From positions 89,831,021 to 89,871,260 of the forward strand of contig NC_068984.1 in assembly GCF_001194135.2 (NCBI RefSeq): a stretch of DNA of 40,240 nt, written 5' to 3'. Position 1 is the first letter of the stretch; every line of letters begins with the position of its first letter. The position numbers were made by a program, and so were the translations under genes. This DNA is from Octopus bimaculoides. Lineage: Eukaryota. This document shows positions 1-13,615 of this stretch, in pieces. Under the pieces are notes generated by a model. The model saw only the letters and a list, made by a program, of their open reading frames with translations. It was not told the origin of the DNA and did not search any database.

Positions 1-994
1 TATATATATATATATATATGTAGTAAGAAGTATAGAGTTAGATAGGTATCTCAAACAGAATAAATGCGAGGGAAGAAGCGCAGCAATAAGTGAGACGAAG
101 GAAAGTATAGCTTGAGGGATTGAGCGAACAAAGCAAAGATGAAGAAAGAAAAGAGACAGGGTAAGGGTGAAGAAGATGTGGTAGTTAAGGCTCATAAGAA
201 TGAGTCAGTCAGTCTACTATAGGTACGAGTTGTAAACTTAATTAGTGAGAGAGGTGGGATAGACGAGCCGGTCCGAAGGATTCGCATTAATCATATTAGA
301 ACGGGATGGGTAAGTATTTAAACAGAGGCAACCAAAGTAGATTATCAGCGTATAAAGGAGGAGGACGGTAAAGTACGAAATATATAGACGAACTATCTAT
401 TATGAATGAAGAGTAAGGGAGTTTTTCTAGGAATGCTCGTCTGCATAAATTACATGCTAATCGGCTTCCTATGTACGATATTACAGCATTAATATCAGGA
501 GACGTCATACGGTATAGCACGAACATATTAACTCGTTCTCGAATGATATATAAAAGTTATCTTACTCTCTGGTCACTTATATTCATCAGCTCAAAGCTGA
601 AGGTATATCTTATGGTATATCTTATGATATATCTTTTCCTGGAAAGATATCCAGTTGTAGAAAGAAAGTTTATAGAGTGTTATAGATTTACGCAGTCAAT
701 AACATCTATTATAAGCAGTAGTAAACAGTTTATCTATATAAAGGAAAGCGGCTGGCTGTTGGTAATATGCAGGATAAAATCTTATGATATAGGGTATTCT
801 CTCTCATCAGTTAACAGGGATAGATACACACTGCGAAATGCGTTGAGCGCTCTATTCCTTTGTACACACATGTCACTTATTTATTTAACTATTTCCCTGT
901 CTATCTGCCTCTGACTGTTTCATTCTCTTTCTCCCTCTATCAGTCATACTCTTTCTTCCTCTCTCCCTCTATCAGTCATTCTCTCACTCCCTCA

Positions 995-996
<2 letters not shown>

Positions 997-1039
<43 letters not shown>
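997..1039. repeat. (CT)n microsatellite
   Basis: Direct reading of the sequence. Confidence 0.95.
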
Positions 1040-1042
<3 letters not shown>

Positions 1043-1150
1043 TCACTTATTAGAATGTTGCCTAAGTGGGGCACCACCTTGAAGAATTACAGCGAGACGA
1101 ATCAACTTCCGTAATTATTTTTTTAAAACCTGGGTCTTATACCATCGGTC
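1040..1150 (-). mobile_element. diverged SINE 3' module relic (family A-related)
   Basis: GTTTCA...TGGGGCACCACCTTGAAG...CTTATACCATCGGTC is a degenerate reverse complement of the GACCGATAGAATAAG...GGCGGTGCTCCAGCATGGCC...TGAAAC module. Similar relics occur near 2565-2645 (+), 27290-27330 (-) and 35320-35430 (-). Confidence 0.5.
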
Positions 1151-1812
1151 TGTGTGTGGTTTCATGTTAAGAAGAGTAGGAAAATATCCAAGTATCTTAA
1201 TAATTTTTCAAGNNNNNNNNNNNNNNNNNNNNNNNNNNNNNNNNNNNNNNNNNNNNNNNNNNNNNNNNNNNNNNNNNNNNNNNNNNNNNNNNNNNNNNNN
1301 NNNNNNNNNNNNNNNNNNNNNNNNNNNNNNNNNNNNNNNNNNNNNNNNNNNNNNNNNNNNNNNNNNNNNNNNNNNNNNNNNNNNNNNNNNNNNNNNNNNN
1401 NNNNNNNNNNNNNNNNNNNNNNNNNNNNNNNNNNNNNNNNNNNNNNNNNNNNNNNNNNNNNNNNNNNNNNNNNNNNNNNNNNNNNNNNNNNNNNNNNNNN
1501 NNNNNNNNNNNNNNNNNNNNNNNNNNNNNNNNNNNNNNNNNNNNNNNNNNNNNNNNNNNNNNNNNNNNNNNNNNNNNNNNNNNNNNNNNNNNNNNNNNNN
1601 NNNNNNNNNNNNNNNNNNNNNNNNNNNNNNNNNNNNNNNNNNNNNNNNNNNNNNNNNNNNNNNNNNNNNNNNNNNNNNNNNNNNNNNNNNNNNNNNNNNN
1701 NNNNNNNNNNNNNNNNNNNNNNNNNNNNNNNNNNNNNNNNNNNNNNNNNNNNNNNNNNNNNNNNNNNNNNNNNNNNNNNNNNNNNNNNNNNNNNNNNNNN
1801 NNNNNNNNNNNN

Positions 1813-1850
<38 letters not shown>

Positions 1851-1859
1851 ATATATATA

Positions 1860-2060
1860 TATTTACCAAAATTACATAGAACTATCTTGAAATACTAAAG
1901 AGTAAATATATTCAATAAAATCGCCATTGGCTTCAACCACGGCCTCCAGATGACTCCCTTTGGAATCTCCTGCAACTCTTCTGGACAGTCTCTATGTTTA
2001 AGTTTGTAAATGCTGCCATGATCCTTGCCTTCAGTTCATCTTGGTGTTACAAGGAGTTTT
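1860..2060 (-). mobile_element. Tc1/mariner-superfamily transposase C-terminal relic
   Basis: With two frameshifts the reverse complement reads CNT.DELKARIMAAFTNLNIETVQKSCRRFQ.SHLEAVVEANGDFIE. This matches the 'L..RI...W..L....ACRRF..RLEAVVEANG' C-terminus of IS630-Tc1-mariner transposases. Confidence 0.7.
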
Positions 2061-4266
2061 TACAGGATTTTAACATCCAGGGCTAATGTAATAAATTCTA
2101 GACCGGAGCAAACTTTGAGATGCTTGCACATGGGAAATTCACATTTGCGAAGTATGTATGAATAATTATCATTCAAGTTATACTAGATTTTGAAATGATG
2201 GACTGAAAGTGATTATCCAATAAGAGCTTGAAATAGATATTGTTCGCGTCTGACTTAACGGTCAGCTCTAAATTATACAACGCAGTGTTTATAAAAGAAA
2301 ATCATTAAACGGCCACACCGAGGGATATAAAGTTAAGACCCTGAAAAGATTGCACCATTTTATAGTTGGGTCGCAATTGCAACGATTACTAATCGGTGCA
2401 ATTGGAACATGTGTTGGTCTTAAAAGGTAATATATAATTATAGAATTAAAGGTAATGCTGTTGCTACTTCGGGGTAATCCTTATTGTTAATATTGTCAAT
2501 ATTAAACGGCCGGCTAAATAATGATAACTTTTGGAATGCGACAGCAATTTATAAACAGACAAATACTTTATTGATTTCTTTGACTAAACTCCTGAAGGTG
2601 TTGCTTTAACATGGCCGTAATATATTGACTGAAACAAGTAAACGATAGAAAAATAAACGATTAATTGAGAATAATCTAATCAACTAAATCACTGAGTGAT
2701 TAGCTACATAAACAAGTGCGATGCTCATTAAATATTTTTTTATTTTTAAACTATTAAAAACATATACAGTACTTAATTTAACATAAGGAAATGAAGGTTA
2801 ACCATGGTCAGTCGTCAATTAATCCGTGAATCTGTTGTTTTTTAATGTTTTAAATTAATGGCGTGTGAACGTGAAAATGTAAGCCATAAATTATATTTTT
2901 TTATTTGCATGTTTTTGTATATATTATTGTATGAATTCACACACACATACACACAAGCACATACATACGCGCGCGCACACACACACACATAAACACAGAT
3001 ATATCGCTTAAAATTTGTAAAACATCTATAAGGAACAAGAAGTAAGGCATGTCTAAGCTAAATATATTTTACACCACCCACGGTAAAAATATCTACCATA
3101 TATGTTGTCATTTGAGCCCCTAAAAGATTTCGTAGCATTTCAGACGGAAATACTTGCTGCTATATCTTTTTAATGTAACATGCATTATTTTATTTCCGCA
3201 TTTATAATTTTAAAAATATCTCACATTTTCGTGTTAGCTTCAAATAATATATCACTTACATACCGTCAATGCCAAAACAGCACATATTTTCTCATGGCAC
3301 CACTCCTAATAATAACAACCCCCGCATTTCTGTACCACTCCTATTTGTTATCTCTATTTTTGAGTTTATTCGCAAACTATGGCTATTTCCATTTAACAGC
3401 AATTCTAAATCATTTCAAAAAGAAGATAAGTATGACCTTATAATAACTTTACAAACTAAAGATGGTTTTGTTATTTTATCATAATTAACGACGTTGATAA
3501 ATCACAGACACACACACATACACACTCAACACATAGACACACAATGTGGAACATACATGCGCGCGCGTTTGTGTGTGTGTGTATTGGGGTCCTTGTTAGT
3601 GTGCGTGTATATATATGTGTATATAGTATTTATGTACTAACATATGTATGTATGTATGTAGGCATGTATGTGTGTGTGTATCTTTTACTTTTTATAGTTT
3701 CCTATATGTATCGTATATATATATATATATATATATATATNNNNNNNNNNNNNNNNNNNNNNNNNNNNNNNNNNNNNNNNNNNNNNNNNNNNNNNNNNNN
3801 NNNNNNNNNNNNNNNNNNNNNNNNNNNNNNNNNNNNNNNNNNNNNNNNNNNNNNNNNNNNNNNNNNNNNNNNNNNNNNNNNNNNNNNNNNNNNNNNNNNN
3901 NNNNNNNNNNNNNNNNNNNNNNNNNNNNNNNNNNNNNNNNNNNNNNNNNNNNNNNNNNNNNNNNNNNNNNNNNNNNNNNNNNNNNNNNNNNNNNNNNNNN
4001 NNNNNNNNNNNNNNNNNNNNNNNNNNNNNNNNNNNNNNNNNNNNNNNNNNNNNNNNNNNNNNNNNNNNNNNNNNNNNNNNNNNNNNNNNNNNNNNNNNNN
4101 NNNNNNNNNNNNNNNNNNNNNNNNNNNNNNNNNNNNNNNNNNNNNNNNNNNNNNNNNNNNNNNNNNNNNNNNNNNNNNNNNNNNNNNNNNNNNNNNNNNN
4201 NNNNNNNNNNNNNNNNNNNNNNNNNNNNNNNNNNNNNNNNNNNNNNNNNNGCGCGTGTGCATACAA

Positions 4267-4288
4267 ACACACACACACACACACACAT

Positions 4289-4339
<51 letters not shown>
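4267..4339. repeat. (CA)n microsatellite
   Basis: Direct reading; it flanks an N gap, as many of the microsatellites here do. Confidence 0.95.
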
Positions 4340-4346
<7 letters not shown>

Positions 4347-6066
4347 TGGGAAGGTGTATTACAGATTGACTACGATATTGCACGATTGCAAGAGTGTGTT
4401 GTCAATTTGATTGAGTAGTGCGCAAGTGCTTGATCACTAGAGACATATCATCTGTGCAGGTTATTCAGGAAGAAATTATGGATCACCTGTCTATTGTNNN
4501 NNNNNNNNNNNNNNNNNNNNNNNNNNNNNNNNNNNNNNNNNNNNNNNNNNNNNNNNNNNNNNNNNNNNNNNNNNNNNNNNNNNNNNNNNNNNNNNNNATA
4601 TATAAAACGTACTTGGAAGTGGATGCGTGGCATGCAATCATATAATAGTATAAATAATATATATATGCATATATACATACGTATATGTACATACCTACAT
4701 TTATACGCTTATACATATGCATATGTGGGCACAGGACATCACGAAACGCGCACAGAAAATACGAAGTACGAGTACATAGAACATGACCTACTTTTTTTGA
4801 ACAAGGAAAGGCACAAATTGAAAACGAGACAAGCAACACAAAGAACGACCCTTAATCATTTGTTGGCTGTTCTTCTACTCTCGTATTTTGAGCATTTCAC
4901 AAGATACGCTTTCGATAAAACAGTTGCTCCTGCAAAGCAAATTAAATAAAATTTGGGATTTTTCCGAAGTTCAAAATTGGTAACAAAATTGGACAGTGAA
5001 AACAAACAGGAAGGGCTGCTAAGCCTAATGACGTTGTGGTCGTGAACGCGTAAATCAAGCTTGGACAGGAGACAGACAAGAACACGTCTTCCTTGACGTA
5101 TGTAAATATTATGCATATATAAATATATATATATATNNNNNNNNNNNNNNNNNNNNNNNNNNNNNNNNNNNNNNNNNNNNNNNNNNNNNNNNNNNNNNNN
5201 NNNNNNNNNNNNNNNNNNNNNNNNNNNNNNNNNNNNNNNNNNNNNNNNNNNNNNNNNNNNNNNNNNNNNNNNNNNNNNNNNNNNNNNNNNNNNNNNNNNN
5301 NNNNNNNNNNNNNNNNNNNNNNNNNNNNNNNNNNNNNNNNNNNNNNNNNNNNNNNNNNNNNNNNNNNNNNNNNNNNNNNNNNNNNNNNNNNNNNNNNNNN
5401 NNNNNNNNNNNNNNNNNNNNNNNNNNNNNNNNNNNNNNNNNNNNNNNNNNNNNNNNNNNNNNNNNNNNNNNNNNNNNNNNNNNNNNNNNNNNNNNNNNNN
5501 NNNNNNNNNNNNNNNNNNNNNNNNNNNNNNNNNNNNNNNNNNNNNNNNNNNNNNNNNNNNNNNNNNNNNNNNNNNNNNNNNNNNNNNNNNNNNNNNNNNN
5601 NNNNNNNNNNNNNNNNNNNNNNNNNNNNNNNNNNNNNNNNNNNNNNNNNNNNNNNNNNNNNNNNNNNNNNNNNNNNNNNNNNNNNNNNNNNNNNTATATA
5701 AGTAACAGTAAGAAGTTGGACCTGTGCGCTAGTAAACCATTAATTTGATTAATTAATAAAGAAAAGTGGCAGTAATAGTACATTTACGATTGTTTCTGTT
5801 TACAAGTTGTAGTCGTAGATATCATCAGAATGCATAGTCATATGTAGAGGTAAGAAGAGCGAAAAACTTGGAAACCATTGGTAACGAGAATAAAGACAAA
5901 GATGGTGAGTCTTACGTTATAGTAGATTTCATAATTGATAATTTACCTGCTGAATTATCTGCTACTGTATACCTTTTACCAAGGACTGTATCTATGCAGC
6001 TAATCACCAGGAGTGCCATTGGATTTAACCATCCCTTAGTGGTTTTTAAACACCTCTAACGTATAC

Positions 6067-6105
<39 letters not shown>

Positions 6106-7644
6106 CACAAAACAATTCAATGAATAAAGACAATAATACACTTACAGATTTTTTATTATTACAGTATATTTAGTTTAAATCTGTCCGACTCGTGTTTCTG
6201 CTACATGGACATCTCGCAATGCGGTTTTCATTTGTATACAGTTTATTCATTTGTTTAAGAGTCTATGCAGCTTCATTTAATGTGTTGCACACTGCTGTAG
6301 TTTGAAGTGAACTAAAGGTATGCTGGCTTAGGTAATAAGGGACAGTACGCTTTAAGTGAAAAGAATTAAAGAAACATTTAGAAATCTAATTAGGCTACAA
6401 AAAACGGTTACCAAGATGATTTTATGATGATCCAAAGATTTGAAATTCGAATCATGAATAATTCTAAGTTTTTCCTTACCATTCAATGCGGTTATGGCTA
6501 ACTTGCATTATAAGTGTTTGAACGGTACTTGCCTACAGTTACCTGTGAGTAATTTGAATTTCCCTCAAAATAAGTTAAGGAACTTACATATCTACAGCTT
6601 TCGAACACATAAACAATCAGCTTTAAAACCTTTAATATCTACACCTTCTTTGAATATCTATCATTTCCTTTCCCCCTGAGTATTCGAAAATGTAAACATC
6701 CTCTTTATTCCAAGAACACTACAGTTTTCTCTATTCGGACAGACATAAGATCATTTCCAGTATATTTTAAAAACTTCATATCTACAATTTTCTGTGAAAA
6801 CNNNNNNNNNNNNNNNNNNNNNNNNNNNNNNNNNNNNNNNNNNNNNNNNNNNNNNNNNNNNNNNNNNNNNNNNNNNNNNNNNNNNNNNNNNNNNNNNNNN
6901 NNNNNNNNNNNNNNNNNNNNNNNNNNNNNNNNNNNNNNNNNNNNNNNNNNNNNNNNNNNNNNNNNNNNNNNNNNNNNNNNNNNNNNNNNNNNNNNNNNNN
7001 NNNNNNNNNNNNNNNNNNNNNNNNNNNNNNNNNNNNNNNNNNNNNNNNNNNNNNNNNNNNNNNNNNNNNNNNNNNNNNNNNNNNNNNNNNNNNNNNNNNN
7101 NNNNNNNNNNNNNNNNNNNNNNNNNNNNNNNNNNNNNNNNNNNNNNNNNNNNNNNNNNNNNNNNNNNNNNNNNNNNNNNNNNNNNNNNNNNNNNNNNNNN
7201 NNNNNNNNNNNNNNNNNNNNNNNNNNNNNNNNNNNNNNNNNNNNNNNNNNNNNNNNNNNNNNNNNNNNNNNNNNNNNNNNNNNNNNNNNNNNNNNNNNNN
7301 NNNNNNNNNNNNNNNNNNNNNNNNNNNNNNNNNNNNNNNNNNNNNNNNNNNNNNNNNNNNNNNNNNNNNNNNNNNNNNNNNNNNNNNNNNNNNNNNNNNN
7401 NNNNNNNNNNNNNNNNNNNNNNNNNNNNNNNNNNNNNNNNNNNNNNNNNNNNNNNNNNNNNNNNNNNNNNNNNNNNNNNNNNNNNNNNNNNNNNNNNNNN
7501 NNNNNNNNNNNNNNNNNNNNNNNNNNNNNNNNNNNNNNNNNNNNNNNNNNNNNNNNNNNNNNNNNNNNNNNNNNNNNNNNNNNNNNNNNNNNNNNNNNNN
7601 NNNNNNNNNNNNNNNNNNNNNNNNNNNNNNNNNNNNNNNNNNNN

Positions 7645-7760
<116 letters not shown>

Positions 7761-8094
7761 CACATATATATTATTATTGTTGACTTTTCTACCAGTAATT
7801 ACAGATAGAACAGGTCAAATTGCTTCTTTTCAAGGTAGCGCTCTCAGTGGCCACTGGTAGTAGTGAGCACATTTGACCTCTGCTGACCCAAAGTGTGCAA
7901 AGATTCTTTTGTCTCTATGGCTGCTCTCCCCACCATCAGCCGAATCTATTTATAGACCTGTAGTTTATGATCTATTCACCAAACTGCTACCCAACTATTT
8001 CCTCCAACAGTGGTAGTGGTGGTGATGGTGATAATGTTCAAAATAAAAATAATAATATGCTGTAGCTGCTGATACTAAATACTATTAATACTAC

Positions 8095-8276
8095 AATAAT
8101 ACTATATATACTACTATTATGATAGCACAAGAATCTGAGGCCCAACTACCACACTTACCACTACCCCCACCCCTGCTACTGTTGCTGTTGCTGTTGCTGC
8201 CAGCACTGCTGCTACTATACTTAAAAACAATAATATCAGTGATATCAGTGATGATAATAATAATAATAATAATAAT
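8095..8276. repeat. low-complexity trinucleotide tract (CTA/CTG/TTG) ending in (TAA)7
   Basis: Direct reading; (TAA)7 at 8255-8275. Confidence 0.85.
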
Positions 8277-11274
8277 GAAAGGAAACCGTGGAACCCCCTC
8301 ATGGGCTGATTGATGATACATCTAGTGATGGTGTCACAATAAAAACACTGGTAATTGCGCAGCCTGATAAGTGCTACCTCAGATGAGTGACAAGGAAAAA
8401 ACAAAATGTGAATAACAGTGGTAATGAAACTCCGGCTCCAGCCTGTTGATAGCCATAAAGGGACCACTGCACACGGCGTAGATGGAGCAAGCAAATTAAT
8501 GCTGTGGTCATGGAGTGTTACTACCTGAGCAGCCCAGTAGATGAAAATGGTGCTCAAATTAGGGGTTACCGACAACGTATGTATGATCATTGGAGAGAAA
8601 AGGGATTGTCTCAACTCACGAAACAGAGACTATGTAATCAAGCTAGAGCAATAAGAAAAAAATTGTTGGTTCACAGAAGTAGATCTCGAAGCTATCAAAA
8701 GATCGGTCATGGAAAATAGCAGCAGAGATAACAATGAAAATAAAGTTCTTACTAATAACTGTAATCCCATAGCACAAGAAAGGAGCAGTGGTAGTTTACT
8801 TGATGAGAGACATATAAATGATTTAAAGGAAGACAATAAAAGTAATGGTGACATGACAGACGAACAAAAGGCAATCTACGACAGAATAAACTTAAGACTG
8901 CAAGAGAACGATAGTGACATTATTTGCAACCTTGAAAAGGTTGATCGATAGAAATTGAACCAAGAAACGAAACATGTTAATGAAATTCTTAAATACACCA
9001 GAACAAACAACATCACAGAAACAAATGATTTGATCAAAGCAGCAAGTATTGCTGTAGCAGAAAACGTGGGTGTTGATGTTAAGAAAAAGAAACATAATGG
9101 GAGTGACAAAAGAAAAAATCCATGGTGGAAGAGAAGAATCCAGGCAGGGTTAGACATGCTCTCGAAGGAAATCTCTGTGTTAGACCGAAAAGAGAAAGGG
9201 GAGCTTAAAAGCGAACAAAAATACAGGGCGCTGAAAAGGAAGTATAATATTGAAANNNNNNNNNNNNNNNNNNNNNNNNNNNNNNNNNNNNNNNNNNNNN
9301 NNNNNNNNNNNNNNNNNNNNNNNNNNNNNNNNNNNNNNNNNNNNNNNNNNNNNNNNNNNNNNNNNNNNNNNNNNNNNNNNNNNNNNNNNNNNNNNNNNNN
9401 NNNNNNNNNNNNNNNNNNNNNNNNNNNNNNNNNNNNNNNNNNNNNNNNNNNNNNNNNNNNNNNNNNNNNNNNNNNNNNNNNNNNNNNNNNNNNNNNNNNN
9501 NNNNNNNNNNNNNNNNNNNNNNNNNNNNNNNNNNNNNNNNNNNNNNNNNNNNNNNNNNNNNNNNNNNNNNNNNNNNNNNNNNNNNNNNNNNNNNNNNNNN
9601 NNNNNNNNNNNNNNNNNNNNNNNNNNNNNNNNNNNNNNNNNNNNNNNNNNNNNNNNNNNNNNNNNNNNNNNNNNNNNNNNNNNNNNNNNNNNNNNNNNNN
9701 NNNNNNNNNNNNNNNNNNNNNNNNNNNNNNNNNNNNNNNNNNNNNNNNNNNNNNNNNNNNNNNNNNNNNNNNNNNNNNNNNNNNNNNNNNNNNNNNNNNN
9801 NNNNNNNNNNGCACGAATAGCTGCGCAACTCAAAACCTTGTTAAATGCCGACCAAGTAACACCAGAGTGGTTGACACTGGATAGGACAGTGCTGTGCCTG
9901 AAAAACATCGAAAAAGGCAATATGGTAGACAATTACAGGCCGATATGCTGTATGCCATTTATGTGGAAGTTATTGACTGGAATACTCGCAGAGTCAATGT
10001 ACGAACATCTGAAAAAAATGGAGTCCTGCCAAATGATCAAGCGTAAGTGAAGAGGTACCAAGGATCAACTTCTGATAGACAAAACTGTACTTCGGGACTA
10101 CAAGGGGAGGAAAAGTAACTTAGCCATGTCATGGATCGAGTATCGCAAGGCGTACGATATGATCCTACATTCTTGGATTATGGAGTTGAGCGATTGCTTG
10201 GAAAAAGTATGACGAATTGGAGGACGGACCTAACAGCATACGGAAGAAGTTCAGGGAAAGTAGAGATTAGGAGGGGCATCTTCCAAGGGGACTGCCTGTC
10301 CCCGCTGATCTTTGTACTGTGTTTGATACCACTAACACTGTTTATAACGAAAGCAAAAGCTGGGTATGTATACAAAAGCCGCCAACAAAAAGCCAACCAT
10401 TTGTTATTCATACATGACTTCAAACTTTATGGTAAAGATGAAGCCCAAGTCAGTTCCCTCGTTGATACCGTGTATAACATCAGTGCTGATATCAGGATGG
10501 AGTTCGGACTGACCAAGTGTGATGTGTTACTATTCAAGAGAGAGAGGCAAAATCAAATGTATGGACGGGCTAACGATACCGTCGGGGGAGGTTATGAAGC
10601 AGATAAAAGAGACTGGCTATAAGTACTTGGTGATATTGGAAATGGATAAATTGATGGAGAAAGAAATGATAGGAAAATTTAAGGTGGAGCACTTGCGCAG
10701 ACTGAGACTTATCCTTAAGTCGAATTTAAATGGACGGAATAAGATCGAAGCTATCAACACCTGGACGGTTTCACTCTTTAGATATGGAGCTGGGGTAATC
10801 GCATGGAGAGTAGATGAACTAAACAGCTTAGACAGAACGACAAGAAAGTTGATAACTAGATATGGGTCACTTCACCCCAAAAGTGACACAGACAGACTGT
10901 ATGTACCAAGAAAAAGAGGTGGAAGATGACTTATTGGATGCGAACACAGCATTAGAGCAGAAGAAAACAACATAGTATGATATGTAAAAAATGCCACAGA
11001 ACCACTATTATAAAAAGTAAGGTCAGGCTTCTGTAGGATGAAAGATTGCAAAGATAAAGCACTAGCCAAGAAATTAAAAACGAATGAAACTGAAAATAGG
11101 TGGGTAAAGAAAAGAATGCATACTCAATTTCATAGGGGTGTTGAAGATAAGACAGACAGAGAAAAATGATGGCTAAGGATGACTAAAAGTGATTCAAAAC
11201 CGGAAACGGAGTCCCTAATATGTGCTGCCCAAGAGTAAGCACTAAGAACAAACTGCATAAGCTATACAGCAGAA
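8277..11274 (+). mobile_element. R4/Dong-clade non-LTR retrotransposon, 5' end present, decayed; 3' end lost in the gap
   Basis: N-terminal motif RRRWSKQINAVVMECYY...RGYRQRMYDHW...QRLCNQARAIRK/WFTEVDLEAIK. RT motifs [48 protein letters not shown] and NHLLFIHDFKLY (decayed YMDD). Downstream RLYVPRKRGGR and KPETESLICAAQE. Many stops and frameshifts; internal gap 9256-9810. Confidence 0.85.
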
Positions 11275-12450
11275 NNNNNNNNNNNNNNNNNNNNNNNNNN
11301 NNNNNNNNNNNNNNNNNNNNNNNNNNNNNNNNNNNNNNNNNNNNNNNNNNNNNNNNNNNNNNNNNNNNNNNNNNNNNNNNNNNNNNNNNNNNNNNNNNNN
11401 NNNNNNNNNNNNNNNNNNNNNNNNNNNNNNNNNNNNNNNNNNNNNNNNNNNNNNNNNNNNNNNNNNNNNNNNNNNNNNNNNNNNNNNNNNNNNNNNNNNN
11501 NNNNNNNNNNNNNNNNNNNNNNNNNNNNNNNNNNNNNNNNNNNNNNNNNNNNNNNNNNNNNNNNNNNNNNNNNNNNNNNNNNNNNNNNNNNNNNNNNNNN
11601 NNNNNNNNNNNNNNNNNNNNNNNNNNNNNNNNNNNNNNNNNNNNNNNNNNNNNNNNNNNNNNNNNNNNNNNNNNNNNNNNNNNNNNNNNNNNNNNNNNNN
11701 NNNNNNNNNNNNNNNNNNNNNNNNNNNNNNNNNNNNNNNNNNNNNNNNNNNNNNNNNNNNNNNNNNNNNNNNNNNNNNNNNNNNNNNNNNNNNNNNNNNN
11801 NNNNNNNNNNNNNNNNNNNNNNNNNNNNNNNNNNNNNNNNNNNNNNNNNNNNNNNNNNNNNNNNNNNNNNNNNNNNNNNNNNNNNNNNNNNNNNNNNNNN
11901 NNNNNNNNNNNNNNNNNNNNNNNNNNNNNNNNNNNNNNNNNNNNNNNNNNNNNNNNNNNNNNNNNNNNNNNNNNNNNNNNNNNNNNNNNNNNNNNNNNNN
12001 NNNNNNNNNNNNNNNNNNNNNNNNNNNNNNNNNNNNNNNNNNNNNNNNNNNNNNNNNNNNNNNNNNNNNNNNNNNNNNNNNNNNNNNNNNNNNNNNNNNN
12101 NNNNNNNNNNNNNNNNNNNNNNNNNNNNNNNNNNNNNNNNNNNNNNNNNNNNNNNNNNNNNNNNNNNNNNNNNNNNNNNNNNNNNNNNNNNNNNNNNNNN
12201 NNNNNNNNNNNNNNNNNNNNNNNNNNNNNNNNNNNNNNNNNNNNNNNNNNNNNNNNNNNNNNNTACGTATGTATATTTGGATTTATCGTGATTATGGCTT
12301 TTTCCAATTTATTAACCATGCTAATCTCAGTTAAAATGTCGAGAAGCAGCCTTTTAACTAACAATAAAATGTAGTTTTTATGTTCTAAAAAAATTTCCGA
12401 GTTTCTATAGGTGGGAAATTACAGGCCGGATGCCGAAATAAGTGGGTATG

Positions 12451-13284
12451 CGAGGTCTGTTCAATAAGTATCCGGACAATTGCCTTATTAACGAAGCTAA
12501 AGCACGCAGAGTGCAGCCGCTTGGTACAGGTTGATCATGAACTCTATTGTGCATGTGCACTATGTTTTAACGTTGTAACTCACTTCTGCTATTTACAGCA
12601 GTTTTTGGAAGTAACGTGTGTAGCGTGTTATCGTCGCATTGACCATGACAGAGAAAATTATCATGGTGATACGTGCTCAAAGACCCATGCAAAGTTGCAG
12701 AAAATGTATGGAGAGAAGTGTATGAGCCATACACAAGTGTACGTGTGTGTCAGACGTTTCCAAGATGGCCGAAAATATGTCGATAGTGACAAACGTTCTA
12801 GGAGAACCGCAGAACCGAGAAAATCATCGCAGATGTGCGTGCAGCAGTGAGGGGAAATCGTCGAATCACCATCTGTGAGTTATCAGAGGATGTACAAATT
12901 AGTTACGGTTCAGTTCAGTCCATTGTCATTGAAGATTTGAGACACGCGTCGGCCACGTTTGTGCGAAAATTACTTTCTCCTTGAGTGTATCGAGAACGAT
13001 AAATTCTTTGTGAAAACTTTGCGTAGGCCTCTGAGCAGGTATCGCCAAGCTCTTGGCAAAGTTTGATACTGCTCAAGTTTCTTAATCATGGTCAATGCGA
13101 CGATCACATGATACACACATTACTTCCAATCACTGCTATAAACAGCAGAAGTAAGCTAGAATGTTGAAAATTAGTGCGCGTGCACAAGAGAGTTCAAGGT
13201 AAATATGTGCTAAGCGGCTTTACTGTGTGTGTGCTTTAGCATCGTTATTACGGCAACAGTCCGGATATTTATTGATCAGACTAG
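12451..13284 (+). mobile_element. non-autonomous mariner derivative with about 250-bp inverted arms (two left ends)
   Basis: Termini CGAGGTCTGTTCAATAAGTATCCGGAC and CCGGATATTTATTGATCAGACTAG|TA. N-terminal transposase relic GDTCSKTHAKLQKMYGEKCMSHTQVYVCVRRFQDGRKYVDSDKRS, then GNRRITICELSEDVQISYGSVQSI. 13015-13284 is an inverted copy of 12451-12696. Confidence 0.85.
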
Positions 13285-13615
13285 TACTTTACAATTTTCG
13301 TGAGTGAAGTCACATAATTTGATGTGACCGTAACGCAGGGAATGCTTGTATATATGTGTATAGTTGTGTATATGTGTGTCTGTATGTGTGTAAATTTGTA
13401 AATGTTTAAATAGAGAGAATATATTTAAGGTTAAGAACATGATAAAAATTAGCACGCATGCACATATGCTGTGAAAGTTAAACAGTATGAGTCGAAAAAT
13501 AGTATTCTTGCTTTCTGTTTGCTTTTCCTCTAATCTACTTTCAAAGGATTCTACTCTAGACGTGTTTCACCTTTTTTAAAGACGGTCTGTGTATTGTGAA
13601 AGTATTGTATTTAAT

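Noticed and set aside
20-914. ORFs 296-526(-) and 471-914(+); LYRPP and LYADN look like LINE endonuclease or RT motifs
   Set aside because: Only isolated 4-5 residue matches, with no surrounding motifs at correct spacing. It may be an ancient TE, but I cannot support that without an HMM search.
8091-8321. Poly-I/S/L ORFs (8091-8321, 8119-8313)
   Set aside because: These are translations of trinucleotide low-complexity DNA.
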